The position numbers and the translations under genes are program-made. The notes under the pieces are model-generated. The model had not been told where the DNA came from. It worked only from the letters and a program-made list of their open reading frames with translations, and did not search any database. Positions 47,446 through 60,193 of a stretch of DNA of 64,000 nucleotides are shown piece by piece (within the stretch, counting starts at the first letter, position 1; each line of letters begins with the position of its first letter). Where the stretch lies: the sequence record SRR31156797_2365; one strand, written 5' to 3'.

Positions 47446-48183
47446 ATGAAAAGACAAATCATCATTTTTGTAGTGCTGGCACTTGCCGTTGTTCAATTTT
47501 GGGGTTGTGACGAAGATTCAATTTACAGCCGGGTAAAAGGATCAGGTAATATCATTGACGTGGATTATGCTTTCAACGATTTTGAGCGGCTTGATGTAAG
47601 TCATGCATTCGATGTAACCGTAACCCAATCCGAAGATTTTGAAGTTGTCTTGTTCGTCGATGATAACATTGTAAACTATCTGGAAGTAAGGCGCAGTGGC
47701 AATTGGCTGATCATCGGGCTTGAGGATAGCCACAATTACAACAACGTAAATCTCAGGGCAGAAATCAGTATGCCTTATGTTGAAGAAATAAAAGGGAGTG
47801 GAGCTACCGTGGTTTCGATGAGTGAATTTTTATCAGCAGGCGAACCGAACGATTTTAAATTATCGATGTCAGGTGCCAGCGTTTTTTCGGGAAATGTTAA
47901 TGCAAATGATTGTGATCTCCACCTTTCAGGTGCCAGTATTATAAATATGAATGGCAATTGTATGGATCTGTACCTTGAATCGAGCGGTGCCTGTGAATTG
48001 AACATGGGTAACTTTGTGGCATCATCTGCTTATTTTATTTTATCAGGAGCCTCTGACGGAACCGTTCACGTTACGGATCATCTTGATGCAAATCTTTCGG
48101 GGGCGTCTGTACTTCGTTATTATGGTAATCCTGAGATTGGGAATCTGATAACTACAGGGGCGTCCTCGCTCATTAAATTATAA
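47446..48183 (+). CDS. DUF2807 / head GIN domain lipoprotein
   Basis: Lipoprotein signal (FWGC), VKGSGN, repeated SGAS beta-helix motifs, Y.GNP. Confidence 0.85.
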   Translation: MKRQIIIFVVLALAVVQFWGCDEDSIYSRVKGSGNIIDVDYAFNDFERLDVSHAFDVTVTQSEDFEVVLFVDDNIVNYLEVRRSGNWLIIGLEDSHNYNNVNLRAEISMPYVEEIKGSGATVVSMSEFLSAGEPNDFKLSMSGASVFSGNVNANDCDLHLSGASIINMNGNCMDLYLESSGACELNMGNFVASSAYFILSGASDGTVHVTDHLDANLSGASVLRYYGNPEIGNLITTGASSLIKL

Positions 48184-48317
48184 CAACAATATCTTAGTCA
48201 GGAGCTTTTATAAATCCTTTGTTTTTCCAGCATTTCTATATACCGGATTATTGGAGTTAATTAGACTTTTTGGATATTTGTGCTTTGATTAATCTCTGAA
48301 TTCGAATTTACGCAACT

Positions 48318-48854
48318 ATGGCAGGACCTTTTTCAATTAAAACACCAAGGCTTGAAATCATTGCCGGCAACCATGAAATGGCTGTTGCCGAAATGACAAA
48401 TATCCTCAATCTTTCAACCATACTGCAGGCCGAATTTAGTTTTGGCTGGCCACCACCAGAGAACAATGAGAAAACCATGGAGTGGTTTTTTAACAACAGC
48501 TACGATAACCCACACCACCGCGGATGGCTGCTCTGGTATTTTATACACATGGAAAAAGGGAAACGAATTGTTATTGGAAACGGTGGTTTCACAGGCCCAC
48601 CGAATAAACATGGTATTGTTGAATGCGGTTATTCAATTCTTGTGCCTGCGCAGCATAATGGCTTTGCTACCGAGGCCGTTGGCGGGCTGGTGAACTGGGC
48701 TTTTGCACATAAAGCCGTAAATAAGGTTGTTGCGCGGACAAAACCTAAGCATGCAGCAAGTATAAAAGTACTGGAAAACAACGGGTTTAATAAAATGGAA
48801 AGACAATCTTCAGACGGTAAAGTGGGATATGAATTGGAAAGAAAGCAGAGGTAA
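48318..48854 (+). CDS. GNAT acetyltransferase (RimJ/RimL type)
   Basis: IKTPRL, IGNGGF.GPP...G.VECGY, GFATEA, ASIKVLE.NGF. Confidence 0.9.
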   Translation: MAGPFSIKTPRLEIIAGNHEMAVAEMTNILNLSTILQAEFSFGWPPPENNEKTMEWFFNNSYDNPHHRGWLLWYFIHMEKGKRIVIGNGGFTGPPNKHGIVECGYSILVPAQHNGFATEAVGGLVNWAFAHKAVNKVVARTKPKHAASIKVLENNGFNKMERQSSDGKVGYELERKQR

Positions 48855-48878
48855 CCTGATCGATTAAAACATTTTGAT

Positions 48879-49625
48879 TTAAAGCTGGTGGATCACTTCC
48901 AGCAATTTATCCTTGTTTCTTGTTGACACAGGAGCTTCAAGGTTGCCTGTTAGCCTGATGGTGTTGGAGTTAGACCGTCCAAAAGATTTCACATGATTCA
49001 GGTTAATCAGGTATCCCCTGTGCGGTTTAATAAAATCGTTATCAACAAGTGTTTCCGAGAACTCCTTCATGGTTTTGGCTACCCTGATCACCTGTCCATC
49101 TTCAAGATAAAATGAAGTGTAATTTTTGTCTGACTTACACATGATTATCTCAGAAATATTCACCACATCATAACGCTCACTGGAGGATAAAACGATGCGC
49201 TTATGATTTTTCCCGTTGTTCAAATAAGCAAGCAGGTTATGAAATTTCTCAGTCAGGTCCCTTGATTTTAATTCTTCCTTGGCTTTCTCAACGGCCTTCA
49301 CAAGTTCTTCCTGGAATATCGGTTTCAACAGATAATCGATGGTGTTGTACTTAAAAGCCTTAACGGCAAACTCGGAATATGCGGTTGTAAAAATGATATC
49401 AAAATTGAACTCATTAACCTGGCGAAGCAGATCAAAACCATCGCCATCGGGCATTTCAATATCGAGGAATACCAAATCAGGGTTGCTCTTCACAATGCAC
49501 TCCAGGCCGGATTTTACATCATGCCCTTCACCAACAACTTTAACGTCAGGGCAGTTCTCATCGATCAAAATGCGTAAGGTTTCCCTGGCATTTTGTTCAT
49601 CCTCTATGATAACCCCCTTTATCAT
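48879..49625 (-). CDS. LytTR family response regulator
   Basis: Receiver IEDE, FLDIEMP, TTAY, DYLLKP; LytTR F...HR.YLINL. ATG 49625. Confidence 0.93.
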   Translation of the reverse strand: MIKGVIIEDEQNARETLRILIDENCPDVKVVGEGHDVKSGLECIVKSNPDLVFLDIEMPDGDGFDLLRQVNEFNFDIIFTTAYSEFAVKAFKYNTIDYLLKPIFQEELVKAVEKAKEELKSRDLTEKFHNLLAYLNNGKNHKRIVLSSSERYDVVNISEIIMCKSDKNYTSFYLEDGQVIRVAKTMKEFSETLVDNDFIKPHRGYLINLNHVKSFGRSNSNTIRLTGNLEAPVSTRNKDKLLEVIHQL

Positions 49626-49916
49626 TTTCCTGTTGTTTTTCCTGTTTGTTACTGGTCTGGATTTCAAAGGTAGTAAATAATTGTTAGCTTAATTTTTTTT
49701 AACATATTTTCCCAACCAAATTACGCCTTCAATATTTCTAAAGACTGCTACTGTCAATAACTCCACTACTAGTCCAACACAAAGTTAATTTATATTTTTG
49801 TACATGAGTGCCCCATTTTTTACTGTGTATTTAATGATGATTTTAAAGATTTTCATGGTTGTCAACTGCAGATTTGCATGAGCTTTTTAATCTATATTTG
49901 CTGAAAATTAGTGTTT

Positions 49917-50795
49917 ATGATTAAATCGATGACAGGGTATGGCAAGGCAAGCGGCCTGGCCGGAAAACGAAAATACACCGTTGAGATTAAAACCCTAAAC
50001 AGTAAACAACTTGACCTGCTATCCCGTATTCCGCAGATGTTCAAAGAAAAAGAACTCGACATCAGGTCTTTACTTCAGCATAAACTGGAAAGAGGGAAAA
50101 TTGAAACCACCATATCTGTGGATGAATCAGCGGCTGAAGCAACATTTGAGATTAATCGGGAACTCGTTAAGAAATACTACCGCGAAATCCTGGAATTTAA
50201 GGATGACATTGATGACCTGAACACCAGTGAACTGCTACCTGCAATTTTAAAACTCCCCGAAGTGGTTCAGGCAATTCCCGAAACTTTTAAAGAAGAAGAA
50301 TGGGAAGCGCTTTTACCCATTATTGAAGAAGCTATTGATAATTGCAATATCTCAAGGTTAAAGGAAGGCAGCCTGCTGGAAAATGATTTTCAAAACCGCA
50401 TCAATACCATTAAATCATTTTTGTCTTCAGTGGAAAATTTCGAAAACCAACGAATTGCCAGGATCAGGGCCAAACTGAAACAGGATCTGGATAAATATGT
50501 GGAAGACAAAAAAATTGATGAAAACCGATTTGAACAGGAAATCGTGTATTATCTTGAAAAAATTGACATCACCGAAGAAAAAGTCAGGCTCAGCACCCAT
50601 TGCGATTATTTCCTGCAAACCCTTTCGGAAAAGGATAAATCAAACGGAAAAAAACTGAATTTTATTGGCCAGGAAATTGGGCGTGAGATCAATACCATCG
50701 GTTCTAAAGCCAACAACTCCGACATTCAGAAACTGGTGGTACAGATGAAAGATGAACTGGAAAAAATCAAGGAACAACTTTTCAATATTTTATAG
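49917..50795 (+). CDS. yicC: YicC/YloC family endoribonuclease
   Basis: MIKSMTGYG, LERGK, EKIDITEEKVRL, GKKLNF..QE..REINTIGSK. -7 box TATATTTG at 49893-49900. Confidence 0.93.
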   Translation: MIKSMTGYGKASGLAGKRKYTVEIKTLNSKQLDLLSRIPQMFKEKELDIRSLLQHKLERGKIETTISVDESAAEATFEINRELVKKYYREILEFKDDIDDLNTSELLPAILKLPEVVQAIPETFKEEEWEALLPIIEEAIDNCNISRLKEGSLLENDFQNRINTIKSFLSSVENFENQRIARIRAKLKQDLDKYVEDKKIDENRFEQEIVYYLEKIDITEEKVRLSTHCDYFLQTLSEKDKSNGKKLNFIGQEIGREINTIGSKANNSDIQKLVVQMKDELEKIKEQLFNIL

Positions 50796-50798
50796 TTT

Positions 50799-51362
50799 AT
50801 GGAGGGTAAGCTTGTTGTTATTTCGGCACCATCAGGCTCTGGCAAAACAAGCATCGTAAAGCAAATCCTGAACAGTAACCTGAACATCAAATTTTCTGTT
50901 TCTGCATGTAGCCGTGCTCCTCGCACCGGTGAAAAACACGGAAGAGACTACTATTTTTTATCCGTTGAAGATTTCAGGAACAAAATCAGCCAAAATGAGT
51001 TTATTGAGTGGGAAGAAGTTTATGCCGGTAGTTATTATGGCACATTAAAATCGGAACTCGATCGCATTTGGGCAACAGGAAATCATGTGATTTTTGATGT
51101 GGACGTGGTTGGAGGCCTGAACATTAAAAAGCAGTTTGGCGACCAGTGCCTGGCCATTTTTATTCAGGCACCAGGTGTTGCAGAGTTGGAAAAAAGATTG
51201 CGTGGCAGGGCAACCGATGACGAGGAAACGATAAAAAAACGGGTTGCCAAAGCTGAACACGAAATGACCTTTGCCAAACAATTTGACGTAATTGTGGTTA
51301 ATGATAAATTTGAACATGCAGTAAACGAAACCCGGGAAATGATTAAAAAATTCTTGAGCTAA
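50799..51362 (+). CDS. gmk: Guanylate kinase
   Basis: SAPSGSGKT, R.PR.GE..GRDYYF, EWEEVY...YYGT, LEKRLRGR.TD. Confidence 0.97.
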   Translation: MEGKLVVISAPSGSGKTSIVKQILNSNLNIKFSVSACSRAPRTGEKHGRDYYFLSVEDFRNKISQNEFIEWEEVYAGSYYGTLKSELDRIWATGNHVIFDVDVVGGLNIKKQFGDQCLAIFIQAPGVAELEKRLRGRATDDEETIKKRVAKAEHEMTFAKQFDVIVVNDKFEHAVNETREMIKKFLS

Positions 51363-51365
51363 AAA

Positions 51366-52424
51366 ATGAGTGCTGAACCAAACAGGAAACTTTCAACCAT
51401 AGTATTTACGGATATCGTAGGGTATTCCCGGATAATGAATGAGGATGAAGCAGGAACACTTAAGTTGCTTGAATTTCATGACCGCATAGCAAACGAGGTC
51501 ATCTCCGGATACCGGGGAAAGATTCTTAAGAAACTGGGCGACGGACTGCTGATAAGTTTTGATTCAGTTAATGATGCATTTACTGCCACCCAGTTGCTTC
51601 AGGATGAATTTAAATCCTATAATACGGAACATAGTGATTTTCAAGACCTACTTGTAAGGATTGGTGTGCATGTTGGGGATGTAATTGAAAAAGATGGTGA
51701 TATTTTTGGGAATGGAGTGAATATTGCCGCACGGCTTCAGCAGATATGTGTACCCGGCGGAATCTGCTTTTCGCAATCAGCACATGCTGCGCTGGGTCAG
51801 GCCAATGCGCGAAGCCTAAGACTGGTATCCGATGTAGACCTAAAAAACATTGCGGAAAGATACAATGTGTTTATGCTGCCATCAATCTATCCTGACAAAT
51901 TTCCAATAAACCAGGTTTCAGATGCTTCGGATTCAGGCCGTAAATTTGTGATAAAAAGCATGCAACGTATCCCACCTGAGAAATTCTCGCTGGTCGATTC
52001 ATTGCTGGTTTCGGTTGGAGCAATTGTGTTGATCGACTTTTTAATTGCTAACGCTTTGATATACTATGCTGATTATACGCTGAACCAGGCCATTATTGAA
52101 CTATCAGGAAGCCTGGCGTTTGGTATATACAATATTGTTTTCATCTTGTTTTTCACCTATATTTTTTTGCGGGATTCTGTGAAAATTCATTTTGAAGATG
52201 TGCGGGGTGTAGATGAAATGCTAAGTTTTATGATACAGCGTTTTGGATTTAAACCACCAAAGCTGAAAGACGGCCAGCTTATTTACAAACCATCGGTGTA
52301 TAACTTCCTGATGTGGTGGTCCCAAAGCATACGGGTTGCCATCAATGGAAATGATGTAACCATTTCCGGTTCTTTTATGTTTTTGCGAAAAGTAAAAAAA
52401 ATGCTGAAATCATACCTGGAATAA
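51366..52424 (+). CDS. Class III adenylate/guanylate cyclase with two TM helices and unknown C-terminal domain
   Basis: FTDIVGYS, KKLGDG, RIGVHVGDV, DIFGNGVNIAARLQ, LKNI. Confidence 0.9.
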   Translation: MSAEPNRKLSTIVFTDIVGYSRIMNEDEAGTLKLLEFHDRIANEVISGYRGKILKKLGDGLLISFDSVNDAFTATQLLQDEFKSYNTEHSDFQDLLVRIGVHVGDVIEKDGDIFGNGVNIAARLQQICVPGGICFSQSAHAALGQANARSLRLVSDVDLKNIAERYNVFMLPSIYPDKFPINQVSDASDSGRKFVIKSMQRIPPEKFSLVDSLLVSVGAIVLIDFLIANALIYYADYTLNQAIIELSGSLAFGIYNIVFILFFTYIFLRDSVKIHFEDVRGVDEMLSFMIQRFGFKPPKLKDGQLIYKPSVYNFLMWWSQSIRVAINGNDVTISGSFMFLRKVKKMLKSYLE

Positions 52425-52437
52425 CCACACCTATCAG

Positions 52438-52629
52438 CTATGGGCTGGTAAAAAACCTGGATATTTCATCAGAATTTTCAATTCTTACCATTCCCCCATT
52501 TATGGTTTTCAGTTTAATTTCGAATAACTTTGCCTTAATTTTTCTAAGCTTCGGATTATCATTGATTTGCTCAGGCGAATGTTTCTCGTACAGCATCTCG
52601 AGGAGTTGATTTACAGTTTTCTGGTTCAT
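52438..52629 (-). CDS. Small hypothetical protein
   Basis: 63-aa ATG ORF filling the gap between the cyclase and nadD. No motif recognised. Confidence 0.4.
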   Translation of the reverse strand: MNQKTVNQLLEMLYEKHSPEQINDNPKLRKIKAKLFEIKLKTINGGMVRIENSDEISRFFTSP

Positions 52630-52885
52630 TATGGTATGATTTATTGGTTTCCAGTTGAAAAATGTGCCTTAACAATGCGAATTGAATTTAGCATAACGCA
52701 CTATTATATTAACGTACTCCATTACCTAAATGTTATTCTTAACTCATTTTCTTTCATTCAAAACACCGGCCTTCAAAAAAATGAGCAAAATCATTTTTAA
52801 CAAAAAAAAATGACCAGTGTCATGTTTAATCCCCATTTTTCGGGACAAATGGCTTTATGTTTAACAATTACAAAACACTAACCAG

Positions 52886-53470
52886 ATGAAAAAAAAAGTC
52901 GGATTATTTTTTGGATCGTTTAACCCCATTCATACGGGCCATATGATTGTGGCATCCTACATGCGCGAATTTACTGACCTTGACCAGGTTTGGTTTGTTA
53001 TTTCACCACAAAATCCACTCAAGGATAAATCAACCTTACTGGAAGACCATCACAGGTTGATGCTTGTTAAAACTGCCATTGAAGATGATCCGGAATTTGG
53101 CGTATCGGATATTGAATATAAAATGCCAAAACCCTCGTATACCATCGATACACTTACCTGGCTTTCAGAAAAATACCGCGATTATGAATTCGTATTGATT
53201 GCCGGAACAGATATCCTGAGGTCTTTCCACAAATGGAAAAACTACGAGGTTCTCCTGGAATTTTACCGGATTTACATCTACAAGCGCCCGGGATTTGATC
53301 CGGGAAAATACCGTAATCATTCTGCAATTGAATTCTTTGATGCCCCTCAGGTAGAAATTTCATCGAGTTTTATTCGAAATGCAATATCCGATGGCAAGGA
53401 TGTTAGATACATGTTGCCGCCAAAAGTGTGGGAATACATCAGAGAAATGCATTTCTACGAAAAAAAGTAA
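52886..53470 (+). CDS. nadD: Nicotinate-nucleotide adenylyltransferase
   Basis: FGSFNPIHTGH, SPQNPLK, PSYTIDTL, HKWKNY, ISSSFIR. Confidence 0.97.
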   Translation: MKKKVGLFFGSFNPIHTGHMIVASYMREFTDLDQVWFVISPQNPLKDKSTLLEDHHRLMLVKTAIEDDPEFGVSDIEYKMPKPSYTIDTLTWLSEKYRDYEFVLIAGTDILRSFHKWKNYEVLLEFYRIYIYKRPGFDPGKYRNHSAIEFFDAPQVEISSSFIRNAISDGKDVRYMLPPKVWEYIREMHFYEKK

Positions 53471-53660
53471 ACAACGAATATCCGGTGAGTTGGTGGTTTT
53501 TGATTTTAGGATAGTGATTATCGATTTTTGAATTCAATTTTGGCTACAACTGGACAAAACCTTAAATCAAAACTCGGAATCAGCAATCAGAAATCCACAC
53601 CAATGTTACTTTATTATCAGCGTGGAGTTAGTGCCCTCAAGGAAACATACATATATTTAA

Positions 53661-53782
53661 GTCTTTAGCAAAAAACGTCAAAGTCAAGGCTTGCGAAGTT
53701 TTAAAAATCAAGGAGTTTACTTTTGGAATCGACTTTTTTCAAAACGAGCGCAATGCAGTATTTGGCGTTTTCCATAAAGGAC
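53661..53782. repeat. Long imperfect palindromic intergenic element
   Basis: Nested arms AAAACGTCAAA/TTTGGCGTTTT, TTGCG/CGCAA and GTTTTAAAAA/TTTTTCAAAAC. Confidence 0.5.
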
Positions 53783-53798
53783 AGGTTAATGCATTTGG

Positions 53799-54488
53799 TT
53801 AGAATCTTCCTCTTGATCGGCTGCGCCTGGATGTTTCTTCATTGAAAAACCATAGCACTCTGAAGGAAAGTACACGGTTATATTGTTTCCTGATTTTTGT
53901 TTCGTCAGGATCAACATTCACATACTCACGCTCTCTGATCTTGAACAGTGAAAGCGCATATCGAAAATTGATTTTCAACTGTTTGTATATTGGATACTGC
54001 AGGTCGATCAATGCATTATAGTCATCCAACTCATAAGGTCCGTCGGTTAACGTAGTTGTAGCAATTCTCACGTGATCTTCCCATTCCTTTACCTCAATCA
54101 ACCTGCCATAGGACACGCCAACACCGGCACGCAATCCTGTTTTATCCTGAAAATGAACCAGCACGGGTACCTCCACATAATTCAAAACCAGCTTGTAATG
54201 GTTGTAGTCGTGACGATACCTGTAATCCATGCCACGCCCGCCTTCTTTGTGAAAACTGCCTTTTTGGTTATAAATGGTTTCGATTGTGAACGACCACTTC
54301 TCGGCGAAAGGAACGACAGCAGCGGCACCAACGTTTACACCAAACTTCCTGAATCCAAATACATCATCGCCCTCAACATGTGATAAATTACCTCCGGCAA
54401 TCCCAACACCCATTATCCGCTGGGCTGAGCTATGCTGAAAGAAAAAGAGACCGACAATTAATGGGATAAACAGCCAAGATTTCCTCAT
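53799..54488 (-). CDS. Outer membrane beta-barrel (PorT-like OMP_b-brl_2 family)
   Basis: Signal peptide; G.N.S.V.GD..FGF.K.G, E..Y.QKGS, LNYVEVPVL. Confidence 0.75.
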   Translation of the reverse strand: MRKSWLFIPLIVGLFFFQHSSAQRIMGVGIAGGNLSHVEGDDVFGFRKFGVNVGAAAVVPFAEKWSFTIETIYNQKGSFHKEGGRGMDYRYRHDYNHYKLVLNYVEVPVLVHFQDKTGLRAGVGVSYGRLIEVKEWEDHVRIATTTLTDGPYELDDYNALIDLQYPIYKQLKINFRYALSLFKIREREYVNVDPDETKIRKQYNRVLSFRVLWFFNEETSRRSRSRGRF

Positions 54489-54646
54489 GAATAAAAACCA
54501 GTTTTCAATTGATTTTTAATAACGACAAGTTATCATGGAAATTTCCTGTAGTGCGTAAATATTTGATGAAGTCCTTGGTTGGCGAGGGATGGTCATTTTA
54601 CGAAATTTCATCCAAAGGAAGAACAACCGATTTCATTTGCCCTAAA

Positions 54647-56800
<2,154 letters not shown>

Positions 56801-56883
56801 TTTTCAATTTTATAGCAATTTAAAGGAATCACCTGGAAAGATTCCAACAGCCAAAAATAATTGTTATTCACGGAAAATTGTCT

Positions 56884-59800
56884 TTACTCCCAATCTACGA
56901 CTGATAAATTTCCGGCTTCAACCTCCAGGTAAATGAGATATTTCCGGATATTGGCATAACCTATCTCACCGATAGAAATTGCATAATCATCCAATTGACG
57001 GCGGTGTTCTTCCCTGGGACTTCCTGTTTTATAATCGATTACCGAAGTTTCATTTTCATCCAAAACCACACGGTCAGGACGGATGATATCTCCATTTAGC
57101 AGGATAATATCCCGCTCGGTGATAATCGTCTTTTTGGCATCAAAAAACCTGCTTATCTTCGGATTTGAGATAATGGCCTCGATCTCCTTTTGAAGTTCAG
57201 GTGCCAGTTTTTCTTCAAGCTCACCTTCTGTAACAACATTGTGTACCGCCTTTTGGATATCATTTTTCGTTTTAATGCTTGCCAGGACATTATGCACCAT
57301 AATCCCAAAATCTCTGCGGTTGCCCTCTCCTTCAAAATCCCAGTTTTTAAAAGCAGAAAAACGAATGGAAACATTGTCCTTCCATTCGCCCCTGTCATAT
57401 TTTACATTTGGTTCTGATCCCAAATTTTCGGATTCAGTAGATTTCATATCCCGGATTCGCTGACCGGAATCACCAAAAACATATTCGCTTTTTTCTTTTT
57501 CCCACAAATGATTTTGCTGAAGAAAACCATGGAATAGGTCAGCGATATCAAGATAGGCACCCTTATTTCCCCAACTTCCATCTTTTTTATGTTTATCCTT
57601 CATGACTACAACCAATCTTTCCTTTGGACGGGTCATGGCCACATACAGCACATTGAGCTGGTCGAGGCAAGTTTTATCAACTTCCTGTTGGTATAAATCC
57701 CCAAAATTGCTTTCACCAAGCATTTTTGTAGTTTTTACAAGGGCTGAATTTAGTTGCGGAAAACCTTCTATTTCCGGTTCAATCCAAATTTCATCCTGTC
57801 CCAGCATGTTATTAGAGGCTGTGAACGGCAAGATCACCACCGGAAACTGCAAACCCTTGGCCTTGTGGATGGTCATTACCCGCACAGCCTCGGTTTTTTC
57901 AGGAATGATGATCGAATCATTACGACCTTCCTCTTCCCAGTAATCCAGAAAATCTGTGATAACCTCCTCGTTCTTCGAGGAAAATTTGAGTACGGTATCC
58001 TTGAAAAACCTGATAAATACATTTTCATCACCGGGATCAAGTTTAAAGGTGTTGATAATGTCAGAGGCCATTTCATAGAGGTTCAACTGCATCAGTTTTT
58101 GCCAATCCAATGCATAGCCAAGGTCCTTGTTGATTGTTTCCATTAAAGTTTTGGTACTCTGGCTATTTGGGTGAATCTCTATACTATCGCTTAACAAATC
58201 GTGAAGCTGACTCAGGGGCAGGTTGTTTTTACGAATCAGGAAAACCAGTATATCAGCAACTTTTACAGCATCAGCGGGGTAGCACAGGTAATTCATCATA
58301 TTTACGACAAACCGCACATCCTCGTTACTGCCGAGCATCAAGGCCTCGCTGGTAACCACACTGTGCCCGTTTTCCAATAGGAATCGTGCAACTGCCGAGG
58401 CACTTTTGTTGTTGCGCGTGAGCACGGTAATTTCGCTTAAAGCATATTCCTCATTAAATTCTTCAACCAACGCCAACACCCTGTTAAGTTCATATTGATG
58501 ATCATCATCAGTGTCCCGGTAAAATTCAAGCTGAACCCTTCCACCACTTTTCTCCGGATTATATTCCTGGGCATGTTCATAGTAGATTTTTTTGAGGTTT
58601 TCTGGTAGTTTTTGTGCTGCAAAATCAAAAAATCGATTGTTAAAATCTACAACTTCCATTCTCGAACGATAATTGGCCCTGAGGAATTTTTCATCAAAAT
58701 GTTGACGAAGAAGTGCATCGCGCCCTGGCTGTGGGGATTGTCCGGGTTTGCGATATATTTCAGGCAAGGCCGCAAATTGTTCCACCTCACCATTACGCCA
58801 GCGATAGATGGCCTGCTTGCCATCACCCACGATCATATTAAAATTATTGGCTGCAAGCGAGTTTTCGTAAAGTGGTAGCAGGTTTTGCCATTGCAACACG
58901 GATGTGTCCTGGAATTCGTCCACCAGGAAATGCCTGTATTTTTCACCAATCCGCTCATATATAAATGGTACAGGTTCATCGCTGATGATATTTGAAATCC
59001 GTTTGTTGAACTCCGAAATATGCACCATGTTTTCGTTTTCGCGAAACTCCTGCATCATTTCTTCAATTTCAGATAATACTGCAAGTGGGAAAATATTTTG
59101 GTCGATCAGTCTGAATAGCTTGATTTGAGGCAACAACTCCCTGACAACATCAGTGGTTTCGTCGAGCAACCGGGTCAATTCAGGAATTAACACCTCAATG
59201 GTTGCGGCCGTCGTTGCATTGCATGCTTTGTTTGCCCAATTGCTGGTTTCAAGCATTTTTTCCACATGTTTGTTGGGGTCTGGTTTGGAAAAATCCTGGT
59301 TGGCAATCCGCTCAAAGAATCCCCAAATGCCTGATTTTTTCTGAAAGAGATCATCCGGTGTAATTTTATTGTCGGAGAACAATTGCATAGCCTGCCTGGC
59401 AGGTGCTGCAATCTCCTGTTCCATTTTACGAATATTCGCATTGAGCCCCTGATGGATTCTAAGAAAATCATCCGGGCCAAGCGCACGGATACTTTGAATG
59501 GCTTCCAGACTATTTTCCTTAAGCAATATCTCAGTAATTTTCTTCAGGTCGCGTTCCACATCCCAGCTTCGCTCATCTTCCATCCTGGATTCAACAAACT
59601 TCACCAGCGTCCTGGTCAAAGCCTGGTCAGAGCCAACCCTGGCCAGCAACATGTCGATGGACTTGGAAATGAGTTTTTCCTGGTCCATCTCCACATCAAA
59701 ATTCACAGGTAACTCCAACTCACGGGCAAAGTTCCGCACCAGCCGGTGCACAAAACTGTCGATGGTGCTCACCGCGAAATTGGAATAGCCGTGCAAAATA

Positions 59801-60099
59801 TTTTTCAGTACGATGCCGGCCCGCTGACGGATGGTATCCGCATCCAAACCTGTTGCCTGTTTCAAATCTTTGCGCAACACATCCACCATTTCCCGGCCAT
59901 CGGTTGCTTCGGTGGATGAAAGCCCGGAAAGGTATTCAAGGATCCGGCTTTTCATCTCTGTTGCCGCTTTATTGGTAAAGGTTATGGCAAGGATGTTTCG
60001 GAAAGTATTCGGGTTTTGAATCGTGATGGTGATGTATTCCTTTACAAGGGTAAAAGTTTTTCCCGATCCTGCAGATGATTTGTAAACGGTTAGACTCAC
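56884..60099 (-). CDS. UvrD-family helicase with C-terminal PD-(D/E)XK nuclease (AddA/RecB-like)
   Basis: SAGSGKT, TFTNKAA, DEFQDT, VGDGKQAIYRWR, NYRS, MTIHKAKGLQF, YVAMTR; nuclease RPDR...IDYKTG. Confidence 0.93.
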   Translation of the reverse strand: MSLTVYKSSAGSGKTFTLVKEYITITIQNPNTFRNILAITFTNKAATEMKSRILEYLSGLSSTEATDGREMVDVLRKDLKQATGLDADTIRQRAGIVLKNILHGYSNFAVSTIDSFVHRLVRNFARELELPVNFDVEMDQEKLISKSIDMLLARVGSDQALTRTLVKFVESRMEDERSWDVERDLKKITEILLKENSLEAIQSIRALGPDDFLRIHQGLNANIRKMEQEIAAPARQAMQLFSDNKITPDDLFQKKSGIWGFFERIANQDFSKPDPNKHVEKMLETSNWANKACNATTAATIEVLIPELTRLLDETTDVVRELLPQIKLFRLIDQNIFPLAVLSEIEEMMQEFRENENMVHISEFNKRISNIISDEPVPFIYERIGEKYRHFLVDEFQDTSVLQWQNLLPLYENSLAANNFNMIVGDGKQAIYRWRNGEVEQFAALPEIYRKPGQSPQPGRDALLRQHFDEKFLRANYRSRMEVVDFNNRFFDFAAQKLPENLKKIYYEHAQEYNPEKSGGRVQLEFYRDTDDDHQYELNRVLALVEEFNEEYALSEITVLTRNNKSASAVARFLLENGHSVVTSEALMLGSNEDVRFVVNMMNYLCYPADAVKVADILVFLIRKNNLPLSQLHDLLSDSIEIHPNSQSTKTLMETINKDLGYALDWQKLMQLNLYEMASDIINTFKLDPGDENVFIRFFKDTVLKFSSKNEEVITDFLDYWEEEGRNDSIIIPEKTEAVRVMTIHKAKGLQFPVVILPFTASNNMLGQDEIWIEPEIEGFPQLNSALVKTTKMLGESNFGDLYQQEVDKTCLDQLNVLYVAMTRPKERLVVVMKDKHKKDGSWGNKGAYLDIADLFHGFLQQNHLWEKEKSEYVFGDSGQRIRDMKSTESENLGSEPNVKYDRGEWKDNVSIRFSAFKNWDFEGEGNRRDFGIMVHNVLASIKTKNDIQKAVHNVVTEGELEEKLAPELQKEIEAIISNPKISRFFDAKKTIITERDIILLNGDIIRPDRVVLDENETSVIDYKTGSPREEHRRQLDDYAISIGEIGYANIRKYLIYLEVEAGNLSVVDWE

Positions 60100-60193
60100 A
60101 GCGAGGTTGGTTTTTGTTATTTGTTATTCATTATCGGCGATTACGTTATCCTCCTTATCTTTAGTGAGGGAGGGGTTATTTGTTACTTAACAT

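Noticed and set aside
48879-49625. Orphan LytTR regulator as a novel system
   Set aside because: Unpaired LytTR regulators are common in Bacteroidota; nothing distinctive seen.
56884-60099. Helicase-nuclease as an anti-phage system
   Set aside because: Architecture fits the housekeeping AddA-like repair enzyme; the partner is probably encoded elsewhere.
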